A DNA stretch of 64,000 bases from an uncultured Ruficoccus sp. (GTDB lineage: Bacteria > Verrucomicrobiota > Verrucomicrobiia > Opitutales > Cerasicoccaceae), in NCBI GenBank assembly GCA_965140785.1, contig OZ223521.1, positions 1 through 64,000 of the forward strand, in the 5' to 3' direction. This document shows positions 37,283 through 46,468 of the stretch, one piece after another. The first letter of the stretch is position 1. Each line of letters opens with the position of its first letter. The notes beneath the pieces are model-generated. The model ran no database searches and had not been told where the DNA came from. It saw only the letters and a program-made list of their open reading frames with translations. The position numbers were made by a program, and so were the translations under genes.

Positions 37283-37927
37283 TTAAGCCTCGTCCCCGGA
37301 TTTGGACTCGTCGGAGGCCTCGGCTTCACCTTCAGCCTCTGCGGCTACCTCGGTCTTTTCAGCTTCTTCCTTCATCTGGGCATTACACATGACCACGACA
37401 GTTTCGGGATCACCTTCGTAGGTGACGCCCTCCAACTTGGGCAGGCTGGCCACGTGGATGGCATCTCCGACCTCGAGCCCGGAGACATCCAGGTCGATCT
37501 GCTCAGGCAGGTTCTTCGGCAGGCAGGAGACCTCGAGTTCGTGCAGGACGACTTCTAGCGAACCGCCGCCGGTCTTGACGCCCTTGGCTTCGCCATGGGT
37601 GTGCACCGGGATCTGCGCAGTGATTTCATGGTCGGCGCTCACTTCGAGGAAGTCGATGTGCTCGAAACGGTCAGTGCGCGGATTGCGCTGCGTGTCCTGA
37701 ATGAGGGTGGCGGTCTTGCCGCCCTTGTCGTCTGCGAGGGTTACGATCGTGGCTGCACCGCCGGTTTCGCGCATGAGCAGCATAAAGTCCTTCTCGGTCA
37801 CGGCCAGCTTCTGGGAGCCGCTTTTTCCGTAGATGACTGCAGGGATGCTGCCCTGTGCGCGCAGGCGGCGGGCAAAGCCCCGACCTTGGCCCTCGCGTGT
37901 GGATACGGATAGGGTGTGTTCTGACAT
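37283..37927 (-). CDS. rplY: 50S ribosomal protein L25/Ctc
   Basis: RRLRAQGSIPAVIYG, HIDF, GVKTGG; start MSEHTL at 37927. Confidence 0.95.
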   Translation of the reverse strand: MSEHTLSVSTREGQGRGFARRLRAQGSIPAVIYGKSGSQKLAVTEKDFMLLMRETGGAATIVTLADDKGGKTATLIQDTQRNPRTDRFEHIDFLEVSADHEITAQIPVHTHGEAKGVKTGGGSLEVVLHELEVSCLPKNLPEQIDLDVSGLEVGDAIHVASLPKLEGVTYEGDPETVVVMCNAQMKEEAEKTEVAAEAEGEAEASDESKSGDEA

Positions 37928-38181
37928 GTTGGTTTCTTTTCGGTTGACCGGCCCATGCCGGGTTGTGTGGAAAAGCGTGAAAAAGTAAGGCCTGAGCGCC
38001 GGAATGCAAGGCAAAGTTTTCCCTGGCTACGACTGCCTTTTTAACCTCTCAACCCACTCTCCGTCTGCCAGGACACCTCGCTCGCCTCCCCCGGCCCCTG
38101 ATAAATTAGAAAAACGTGCAAATTCATGCTTGCCAATAGGTGGCTGCTGCCCTTTCTTTTCCGGCTTTCCGCTAACAGAGT

Positions 38182-38256
<75 letters not shown>

Positions 38257-38511
38257 TTTGATAATCAACGGCTTGCGTAATGAAAATTGCTCGTTGATTA
38301 AGGCTCCAAAAAAGCCACTGTGCCAATCCTGTGCCATTTTTAAAGCCCACTAAACGGGCCTCTTGTGGCCAAATGTGGAGGTCATTTCTTTTCGGGCTGC
38401 TGAGAAGGCTGCCAAATCGCTGGATTCGTGTGTGGTTGAAGTGAAAAATGATATTGGCTTGGCCGTGCATCTGTGGCACAAGACTAACGACGTCATCCAT
38501 TACCCCCCGCC

Positions 38512-39678
38512 ATGAGTAAATCGTTCCTCAAAACCCTTGGCGTGTTGGTGCTGCTCTATGCCATCACCTTCACCGCTCTCCACTTCTATAAACGATCCAT
38601 TCCGTCAGCGAATGAAACCACGGAGATGCCGTCCTTGGGGCCAGTGATGGCTGATTTGAGAGCGCATTATCAATCGGCCAAAAGCATCTCCAAGGAGTAC
38701 AAGTGGCACATCAAGCGGCTTTGGGATGGTGGGGGAAATATCCTCGTTGGGCGGATTGAGCCACCGGAAGGCGCTAAGATTGCCCGCATCTTAACCCTGC
38801 AAAACGATGGCAGCTTTGCCACGGCGATCTATCCGGGCAGGACGCTTGAACTCTATATTCATGGCTATGAGCCCTTGGTGATCACCCCAAATGAACCCGT
38901 ATGGGGTCCGATTTGTGATGTTGGGACTCACACCTTCGAAAAGGCTCCCCCCGAAGATTTAAGGACGTTGACCGGGAGTGTTCAGGCTGAGCCGATGAAG
39001 GGAAAAACGCCCGAGGTTAAGCTTGAGTTGATCGTCCAGAACGAGGCCTATCTTGGAAGAGATGGGGGCACGTGGCAGCGATGCTTGCGGCCTGTCGTAG
39101 AAACAAAGGATATTTCTCCGGGCCAGAGCTTCAGCTTTGAAGGGCTGTCACCCATCCCCTATGAACTAAAAATCTCCGCCAAAGGCTTTGTTACGCAGAC
39201 CTTGACGATTCAGCCAGATTTGCGGGGCGTGATCGACTTGGGGGCCATCCAGCTTCAGCGGGCGCAGGTTCTGCGTTTCGATTACATCTCGATGATCGAT
39301 CTGGATGCGCCGGATACATGGCCAAGCCCCGAAGATCAGCGAGTGGTTTGTAACAACGAGAACAAATTCCTCATCGCAACTGTGGCAGATCGCTATGATT
39401 CGAAAAGACAGTTTCGTCTGCCAGTAAGAGATGGTCATACTTATGCACGGCATCCCCGCTTGCCGTCGGAGTATTACCGGCTGGGGCCGGGAAAATTGGA
39501 GGACTACACCAAGAATACGAACTGGATCGAGCGCACGCGTTGGAGTGATCGCAGGCCCAGCGATGTTGCATCCGACGAGATTTTGCTGGAGAGCGGGTAT
39601 GTCTATTTCTTCAGGAACAGGCGCAGCGATTGCAATTGCCTGTTTGCCGTCACGGACATTACCGACGAGTTAGACTAG
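38512..39678 (+). CDS. Membrane-anchored hypothetical protein with carboxypeptidase-regulatory-like (transthyretin-fold) domains
   Basis: N-terminal TM; FSFEGLSPIPYELKISAKGFVTQT..IDLGAIQL. Confidence 0.65.
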   Translation: MSKSFLKTLGVLVLLYAITFTALHFYKRSIPSANETTEMPSLGPVMADLRAHYQSAKSISKEYKWHIKRLWDGGGNILVGRIEPPEGAKIARILTLQNDGSFATAIYPGRTLELYIHGYEPLVITPNEPVWGPICDVGTHTFEKAPPEDLRTLTGSVQAEPMKGKTPEVKLELIVQNEAYLGRDGGTWQRCLRPVVETKDISPGQSFSFEGLSPIPYELKISAKGFVTQTLTIQPDLRGVIDLGAIQLQRAQVLRFDYISMIDLDAPDTWPSPEDQRVVCNNENKFLIATVADRYDSKRQFRLPVRDGHTYARHPRLPSEYYRLGPGKLEDYTKNTNWIERTRWSDRRPSDVASDEILLESGYVYFFRNRRSDCNCLFAVTDITDELD

Positions 39679-39753
39679 CTATTATCGGGGTACTCTATGC
39701 CCGTCCGTGATTTTTTCATGGTCATGGCTCAGGGGCTGATTTAAAGACTGCCC

Positions 39754-41127
39754 ATGCATCACGACGTATACGATTTGTGGCTGGCCTCTTCACGTCAGAA
39801 GAACTGGGTGCTGGAGGACTTGATTCAGATGGGGGACCAGGTTGTCCTGGCCGGGCCACCCAAGTCGTTCAAATCTATATGGGCGTTGCAGCTTTCCCTG
39901 GCATTGGCCATGGGGGAACCTGATTTCTTGGAATGGCGTATCCCTCAAAAGCGTAAGGTGCTCTATTTTTCGATGGAGATGGGCGAATCGCTGGTGGGGG
40001 AGCGCCTCGCCATGCAGATTGGAAGTTCACCCTTGGAGCCACCGTTTGTTCTGGACGAGGAGCACGAGAAGATCATTCGCGACTTGCCTTTGTGGCACAT
40101 TTTCGAGGTCAACGAGCACACGGCTGTTGATGTGTGTGACAAGGAGGACTTTATAGCTTTGCGAAGCCTTATCGAAGATATTGACCCGGAAGTCGTCATT
40201 TTTGACAGCTTCGTGCGTTTCCACCGGCAAGACGAGAACAGCAATACGTCGATGAGTTGGGCCATGCGTCAGATACGCGAACTCTGTCTGATCCGTGACC
40301 CTTTAACGGTCCGCGCCGAAGCGTGTCATGCAGAAGTGGAAGTCGAGTTACAGGCGGAGGGAAAGGACATATCTGACCTTGAGGACGGTGAATACGCTGA
40401 GCGAATGAATGAAAAAATGGGTTTTGTAGGCATGCCCGCTCCTGTGAATGAGCCAGAGATGTGCCCGGTGGCAGATAGTTCTGAAGCCTCATCCGAAGAA
40501 TCTAAACCGGTCAAACGCCGCTACCGTACCGGAATCATTATCCACCACAACCGTAAGGAGCCTGGCTTCGGTAAGACCAACTTTTCGGTTTCGGCCATGC
40601 GTGGGGCTAGTTCCATCCACAGTGAGGTCGATTTGGCAATAGCTGCCTTTGTTCTGCGCGATGACAAGATTTCGCTCAACTACAGCGCCCGCAAGGTCTC
40701 CACACCGAAGTATGAGGAGGCTCGCTTCAATCCAACCCAATTGCGTTTGCGGGTAGTGACCGAAGAGGAACGCGAAGCTTCGCGGAAGAAAAAAGAGCAA
40801 AAGCGGATTGAGACAAAAGTCTCAGTGGCCGAGGCTCGTGTGCCCCGGCTGTGTGAGGCCTTGAAGCGGTTACAGGAGGATACGTGGACTTGGGACGATG
40901 TTTGGGCTGAGGCCCAGAAGTTGGGTGACAAGACCGGGGGCCGTAATAACGTCTATAAAAAGTACGAAAAGTACCTGCGGCAGATGGGAGTCTTAGAGGA
41001 GGTTTTTGGGGACGAAAAGGGCAGGTTCCGGTTAATACTTAAGGACGCAATTTTGGACAGTACTGATGAAAAGTTGGATGTTTCGGTCATGGCTGAGCGG
41101 CTAAAAGAGATTGTAAAAAACAAGTAA
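39754..41127 (+). CDS. AAA_25 / RepA-like RecA-fold ATPase (SF4 helicase-like)
   Basis: GPPKSFKS (Walker A), VLYFSME, VVIFDS (Walker B), DEN, IIHHNRK, MRGASSI. Confidence 0.85.
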   Translation: MHHDVYDLWLASSRQKNWVLEDLIQMGDQVVLAGPPKSFKSIWALQLSLALAMGEPDFLEWRIPQKRKVLYFSMEMGESLVGERLAMQIGSSPLEPPFVLDEEHEKIIRDLPLWHIFEVNEHTAVDVCDKEDFIALRSLIEDIDPEVVIFDSFVRFHRQDENSNTSMSWAMRQIRELCLIRDPLTVRAEACHAEVEVELQAEGKDISDLEDGEYAERMNEKMGFVGMPAPVNEPEMCPVADSSEASSEESKPVKRRYRTGIIIHHNRKEPGFGKTNFSVSAMRGASSIHSEVDLAIAAFVLRDDKISLNYSARKVSTPKYEEARFNPTQLRLRVVTEEEREASRKKKEQKRIETKVSVAEARVPRLCEALKRLQEDTWTWDDVWAEAQKLGDKTGGRNNVYKKYEKYLRQMGVLEEVFGDEKGRFRLILKDAILDSTDEKLDVSVMAERLKEIVKNK

Positions 41128-41207
41128 ACCCAGTGCTGGGTCGTCTTCGAATAAAAAAATAAAATTCCGCCTATATAAATAGCTTCGCTTAATATTTTTT
41201 TATATCG

Positions 41208-41280
41208 GAAAGCCCCCCGGTTCCCGGGGGCCTTTGTTTTTGAAATAAAAAGAAAGGGGAGCATCTGTGATGCCCCCCTT
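41208..41280. terminator. Two GC-rich hairpins downstream of the ATPase
   Basis: GCCCCCCGG-TT-CCCGGGGGC followed by TTTGTTTTT; AAGGGGAGCATC-TGT-GATGCCCCCCTT. Confidence 0.6.
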
Positions 41281-41367
41281 GGAATAGCCTAACCAAACCC
41301 AGTCTTAAGAAATCTCGTCAAAAATCCTTCTGGCCTGCCTGACGCTGACCCCTTCCTTTTCAGAGAT

Positions 41368-42541
41368 TGACCTGCCTACGCAAACTGTACCGCATTGAGA
41401 GTTAGTCTGAGCGGGTTAATGATGTGATTTAGGGTTAGGTTGTAGAGGGTGTCAAGGCTTGGGCGCAAGGAGGGCGTAGCCCGAGTGTAGCCCATGCCTT
41501 GGAAGTTGATGTCGAAGGGGGTTGGTGCGGTTTCTTTGGCTGCAAACTCGAGCGGCGTGAGCAGTCCGAGTGAACGGTGCGGGCGGATGTTGTTGTATTT
41601 CCACCTCCAGTCCTCAATGACCACGCGTGCCTCGGTGAGCGTATAAAACCACTCGCGGTTGAGGCACTCATCGCGGAGTCTGCCGTTGAAGGATTCTATG
41701 TAGCCGTTCTGCCAGGGACTGCCCGGCTCAATGTAGAGCGTCTTGATCTCCTCGTCCGCGTACCATTTACGCAGGCTCTTCTCGATAAACTCGCTGCCGT
41801 TGTCGCTACGGATGTGCTCGGGGCTGCCGTAGGCACTGATCAACTCGCTCATGACGGCTCGCACCTTGGCGGCGTTGAGGTGGCGATCGACGTGGATGCA
41901 CAGGCACTCACGGGTGTACTCATCGAGTACCGTGAGCATGCGGATTGATCCGCCCTTAGCCGTACGGTCGGCCACGAAGTCGCAGGTCCACACGTGGTTG
42001 CGATGAGTAGCCTTTGTCGGTAAGCCCGTCGAGGGGCCGCGCCGACGCTGACGAGGCTTCTTAGTCGGACACTTCAGCCCCATCTCCTGGCGCAGGCGCT
42101 GCACCAGCCGCTTACCTACGTCCCAACCATCGCGCTTGAGTAGATGAGTGATTTTCGGGTAACCCAGCTCGGGATGCGCTTCGCTCTTGCGACGCAAAGC
42201 CCCACGTAACTTTGCCAACCAGGGCGTAGTCTCCTTCGCCTGATAGCCGAAGGTACTGCGATGCAACCCAAAGTGACGGCAGGCCGCCCGCGCTGAACAT
42301 CTGCCCTGCGACACCAGAGTTTGCGCCATCTCGCGCTTGTGTGCAGGGCTTACCATTTTTTTTCGAGCGCCTCCTTCAGCAGCTCCTTACCAAGTATCTC
42401 GTCCGCCAGCATACGCTTCAGCCGAGCGTTCTCCTTTTGCAGTTCCTTCAGTTGCTTGGCCTGATCGACTTCCAGCATCCCAAGCTCCCGCTTCCAGCGG
42501 TGGAACGTCTGCTCGCTGATCCCTGCCTCGCGGCAGACATC
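41368..42541 (-). mobile_element. IS3-family element (IS407-like), 5'-truncated
   Basis: Terminal TGACCTGCCTACGCAAACTGTACCG; orfB DDE; partial orfA DVCREAGISEQTFHRWK..ENARLKRMLAD..EKKW*; A8 slippery site at about 42357-42364. Confidence 0.92.
41376..42356 (-). CDS. IS3-family transposase OrfB (rve integrase core)
   Basis: WTCDF, DEYTREC, SDNGSEF, PGSPWQNGYIESFNGRLRDECLN, YNNIRPHRSLG. Confidence 0.95.
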   Translation of the reverse strand: MVSPAHKREMAQTLVSQGRCSARAACRHFGLHRSTFGYQAKETTPWLAKLRGALRRKSEAHPELGYPKITHLLKRDGWDVGKRLVQRLRQEMGLKCPTKKPRQRRRGPSTGLPTKATHRNHVWTCDFVADRTAKGGSIRMLTVLDEYTRECLCIHVDRHLNAAKVRAVMSELISAYGSPEHIRSDNGSEFIEKSLRKWYADEEIKTLYIEPGSPWQNGYIESFNGRLRDECLNREWFYTLTEARVVIEDWRWKYNNIRPHRSLGLLTPLEFAAKETAPTPFDINFQGMGYTRATPSLRPSLDTLYNLTLNHIINPLRLTLNAVQFA

Positions 42542-42582
42542 TGACCTGCCTACGCAAACTGTACCGCGTTGAGAGTTAGTCT
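42542..42582. repeat. Second copy of the IS3 terminal 41 bp, in direct orientation
   Basis: 40/41 identical to 41368-41408. Confidence 0.95.
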
Positions 42583-43089
42583 TTCAGTTCCGGCCCTCCG
42601 GAATCCGATCCCTGCTGAACGGAGGAAAATCATGAGCACGCTGGTCTTGGATTTTCACTGTCGCCGCTCGGACAAGGGGCGGATTCGCATAAAACGCGGC
42701 AAGGCCCCTGCACCGGTCGAGGCGGGCAGCATGCCCCGCATCTGATGGCCTTGGCCATCCGCTTCGACCGTCTCCTGCGGGATGGGGGAGTGAAGGACTA
42801 CGCCGAACTGGCCCGCCTCGGCCACGTCACCCGCGTCCGCATGTCCCAGATCATGGGCCTGCTCAACCTCGCACCGAATATCCAAGAGGAAATCCTCTTC
42901 CTCCCCAAAAACGTCAAGGGCCGCGATCCCATCAGCGCCCGAGAGGTCATCCAGATGGCTATGATTGAGGATTGGCACGGGCAACTGAGGAAATGGGTCA
43001 AATTTAAGAATATCCGCCCTGAAAGGAACACCTTCGTTAGCACCAGCTCGTCAGCTATACTCCAGCCTAGAAGGCATAGGCTATATTGA
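42583..43089 (+). pseudogene. C-terminal stub of a large serine recombinase plus its frameshifted downstream accessory gene
   Basis: Stub FQFRPSGIRSLLNGGKS* overlaps (ATGA) MSTLVLDFH..MPRI, which shifts frame to MALAIRFDRLL..DYAELARLGHVTRVRMSQIMGLLNLAPNIQEEILFLP, a family I recognise downstream of serine recombinases. Confidence 0.6.
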
Positions 43090-43822
43090 GGAGATACGAG
43101 ACACTTGGACTGGCACTTGAGACACCAAAAAGTGCACGCGCTTCCACCTTCCATTTCTCTGCCAATTTAACCATTAGCAATGGCCCCAGTTGATGCGTGT
43201 TCGCGTCAAAGTCGCCCAAGTCTGTGACATTATTGAACCCGACAAAGCCGTCTAAAGCCAAAGTGAGCTGAGGTGTCAACTGACGGCTTACTTGTACCCT
43301 TCCTCCGGGGAAAAAACCGGATTCGCAGTCAGCGCCAAACTCCCTTTTGATCAGGAAATTTGCCCGAAGCTGCCAATTGGGATCGAGATTGACGAGCCCG
43401 GACCAAGCCAAGCCCACGCGATAGGAGGTGTTGCTGCTGTCAGGGATTTGCACAGAGAAGCGTAACGCACTCGCCCAGCCCGCGGTTTCCTCCTTCAGGA
43501 ACTGCCACATTGCTTCAAAACGCGCATATTGAAAGCCCAGGGACGCAGCATCGTTTTGGTAGAATTGCACCATGCTCCGCAGCTGCCATTGGTTCGTGAC
43601 ACCGTACTGGTAGACAAGACGCTGGGCCATCGCATTGCCCTCGGGTTGATAGCCAATGCGGTAAATCACGTCACTGGAACCTTCCTCGATAACCGGGCTG
43701 AAGACGGTGCCCATGTTTTGGGCATGAGCCCTCGTATAGGCCAAGGCAATGGTCCCCATCGTCAGAAAAAGGAATATCCGGATGTGAATACCCTTGCACG
43801 AACTGATGGCATACTCTTTCAA
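43067..43822 (-). CDS. Putative outer-membrane beta-barrel protein
   Basis: Signal peptide ending AHA-Q, amphipathic strands, HQLGP, C-terminal YAF. Confidence 0.65.
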   Translation of the reverse strand: MKEYAISSCKGIHIRIFLFLTMGTIALAYTRAHAQNMGTVFSPVIEEGSSDVIYRIGYQPEGNAMAQRLVYQYGVTNQWQLRSMVQFYQNDAASLGFQYARFEAMWQFLKEETAGWASALRFSVQIPDSSNTSYRVGLAWSGLVNLDPNWQLRANFLIKREFGADCESGFFPGGRVQVSRQLTPQLTLALDGFVGFNNVTDLGDFDANTHQLGPLLMVKLAEKWKVEARALFGVSSASPSVSYLLNIAYAF

Positions 43823-43856
43823 AAAGATAGAGCGCTTAGGCGACAGCTCATGTTAG

Positions 43857-46361
43857 CTATTCGCTGGAGGAGTTGGCATGCATGGCCATTTCGAGCTTTT
43901 TGATGTCCTCTGGAGAGAGCTGGGGACGGTCCATTGCGACCGTGAGCTTATTCAACTTTCCCGTGAAGGGAAACGGCGATGTGTAATCAGCGTCGTTGAC
44001 GCTGGTTAGCGTATCCGAGCCGATGTCGAAGGATTCGTCCCACTGGAGCGTGATCGGCAGCGTGTGCTCCATCTTGATAGTCTTGACCGGGTTGCCGTCC
44101 ACGATGAGGGTGCCGACGCCGCCCCGGCCAATGCCGCTCATGCTGCCATACTCCAGCGTGCCCACGCCCAGCCCGTCGTACTTGAAGTCGAAAGCGACGG
44201 TGTGCTTGCCGGGGGTAAGTGCCTCGGGAGCCTCCCACTTGATACGTTTGAGGTCCACCAGGTTCCAGAGGAAGACCGGCTTGCCCTTGAGCAGGTAAAA
44301 GCCGTAGCCGCCGAAACGCCCCCCTGAGGTCAGGATAACGCCCTCGGCACCGTCCCCGGGCACATCGATCTCGGCGGTGATGGTGTAGCTGGTGTCCAGC
44401 AGGAGCGGCGAGTCCCCTTGCGGCAGGCCGACCATCGGACGTGTATAGACGAACTCGGTGCGTCCGGCGGTGATGTTCGGGCGCGGAGCCACGATGCGGG
44501 TGGCAACCGAGGAGTCGAGCGGGAAAACTTGGTACTTGTTCGCCTCCTCAATGAAGAGCTGTTTCATCATGGCAACCTTCGCGGGATGCTTGGCGGCCAG
44601 GTCCTGTGACTGGCTGAAGTCCTCGTTGAGGTTGTACAGTTCGAGTACTTGGTTGTTGAGCGGGTCCGGGTTGGGGGCCTTGAAGGCCTCCCAGGGGGCG
44701 CGGTCCACTTTGGTGCTCAGCAGCCAGCCGTCGTTGTACAGCGCCCACTGGCCCATCATTTCAAAGTACTGAATCTTGTGGTGCGAGGGAGCCTCGGCGT
44801 TAGCGGCGTCGAAGGTGTAGGCAAAGCTGACACCGTCCATCGGAGCCTGCTTGATGCCGTCCACATATTCGGGGGCAGTGATGCCGGCAACTTCAAGAAT
44901 GGTCGGAACGATGTCGTTGACGTGGCAGAACTGCTCGCGCAGGCCACCTTTGTCGGTGATGTGGCCGGGCCAGGAGATGACCATGCCCTGACGGATGCCG
45001 CCCAGCTTGGAGGCGTTCTGCTTGAACCAGGTGAAGGGCGTGTCGAAGGCCCAGCTCCAGGCGGCGGTCATGTGGTTGTAAGTGTACTGGGTGCCCCACA
45101 TGTCGTAGAACTTCATCTGGTCCTCAATCGGCACCTCAATGCCGTTGAAGTAGGCCACTTCGTTCGGGGTGCCCAGCAAGCCGCCTTCGGCGCTGGTGCC
45201 GTTGTCGCCGTTGATGTAGATGATGAGTGTGTTGTCGAGCTTGCCGATCTGCTCAATCGTGTCGATGACGCGTCCGATTTCGTGGTCGTTGTAGGCGGCG
45301 TAGGCGGCGAAGACATTCACCTGTTTGAGGTAGAGCTTCTTCTCCTCCGGGGTGCACTCGTCCCAGTTCTTGAGCAGGTCACTGGGCCAGGCTTCGAGCT
45401 GGGTGTCTGCCGGGATAACGCCGAGCTTTTTCTGGTTTTCAAAAATCTGCTCGCGCAGCTTGTTCCAGCCGCCGTCGAAGAGGTGCATGGCCTCGATTTT
45501 CTCCACCCACTCCTTGGTCGGGTGGTGCGGGGCGTGGGTCGCGCCGGGGGCGTACTTGATGAGGAAGGGCTTGCTCGGGTCGGTCTGGTGGACGCGGTAG
45601 ATGTAGTCGATGGCGTCGTCGGCCATGGCCGTGATCAGGTTCCACTCGCCCTCCTTGCCCACGAAGGGATAAATTTGTGTGGTGTTGCGGAAGAGGTTCG
45701 GCTCCCACTGGTTGGCGTCGCCGCCGACGAAGCCGTAAAAATACTCGAATCCCATGCCGGTTGGCCACTGGTCGAAGGGCCCCACCTGGCTGGCGGCAAA
45801 GGCCGGGGTATTGTGGTCCTTGCCGAACCAGGCTGTGGCGTAGCCGTTGTCCAGCAGGATGCGGCCGATGGTGGCCTTGTCCTTGCCGATAATGCTGTTG
45901 TAGCCGGGGTAGCCGGTCGATTGCTCGGAGATCACGCCAAAGCCGACCTCGTGGTGGTTGCGCCCGGTGATGAGCGCGGCGCGGGTGGGCGAGCACAGGG
46001 AGGTCGAGTAAATGTTGTTGTAGCGCAGGCCGCTTTCGGCCAGTCGGTCCATGGTCGGGGTGGGAATGACCCCGCCGAAGGTGCTCGGGATGCCGAAGCC
46101 AGCGTCATCAGTGATGATGAGCAGGATGTTCGGAGCCTGTTTGGGCGGAACGATACGCGGGGCCCACCAAGGCTTGGAACTGAGTGCGTCGTCTTTGATG
46201 ACACCGCCAAAAGCAGGTTGAGGAGCGGGCAACTGCTCCCCGTTGATAGTGGTGGTGGCATCGGGCGAGCCGACTACGCCCGTGGTTTCAATTGGTGTCC
46301 CGGACAACGGCGTGAAGGCCGTCAGCAGGGCCAGGCAGAGAGTGTGTGTGAATGCTTTCAT
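43857..46361 (-). CDS. Arylsulfatase (Cys-type, formylglycine-dependent) with a C-terminal LamG-like domain
   Basis: PNILLIITDD, CSPTRAALITGRNHH, FGKDH, GDNG. Confidence 0.93.
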   Translation of the reverse strand: MKAFTHTLCLALLTAFTPLSGTPIETTGVVGSPDATTTINGEQLPAPQPAFGGVIKDDALSSKPWWAPRIVPPKQAPNILLIITDDAGFGIPSTFGGVIPTPTMDRLAESGLRYNNIYSTSLCSPTRAALITGRNHHEVGFGVISEQSTGYPGYNSIIGKDKATIGRILLDNGYATAWFGKDHNTPAFAASQVGPFDQWPTGMGFEYFYGFVGGDANQWEPNLFRNTTQIYPFVGKEGEWNLITAMADDAIDYIYRVHQTDPSKPFLIKYAPGATHAPHHPTKEWVEKIEAMHLFDGGWNKLREQIFENQKKLGVIPADTQLEAWPSDLLKNWDECTPEEKKLYLKQVNVFAAYAAYNDHEIGRVIDTIEQIGKLDNTLIIYINGDNGTSAEGGLLGTPNEVAYFNGIEVPIEDQMKFYDMWGTQYTYNHMTAAWSWAFDTPFTWFKQNASKLGGIRQGMVISWPGHITDKGGLREQFCHVNDIVPTILEVAGITAPEYVDGIKQAPMDGVSFAYTFDAANAEAPSHHKIQYFEMMGQWALYNDGWLLSTKVDRAPWEAFKAPNPDPLNNQVLELYNLNEDFSQSQDLAAKHPAKVAMMKQLFIEEANKYQVFPLDSSVATRIVAPRPNITAGRTEFVYTRPMVGLPQGDSPLLLDTSYTITAEIDVPGDGAEGVILTSGGRFGGYGFYLLKGKPVFLWNLVDLKRIKWEAPEALTPGKHTVAFDFKYDGLGVGTLEYGSMSGIGRGGVGTLIVDGNPVKTIKMEHTLPITLQWDESFDIGSDTLTSVNDADYTSPFPFTGKLNKLTVAMDRPQLSPEDIKKLEMAMHANSSSE

Positions 46362-46468
46362 GGCTGGGTTTTGTCTATGGGTGGGGAAGAAAAAGGCGCC
46401 GCAGCGTGATGAGCCGTTATAGGCCCATCACACTGTGGCTCGCTGTGTAGTTTCGGTCAGTGTTTGCG

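Noticed and set aside
35830..37927. Absence of rpsR/rplI next to rpsF-ssb
   Set aside because: This gene order varies in PVC bacteria and the genes may lie elsewhere; not assessable from the window.
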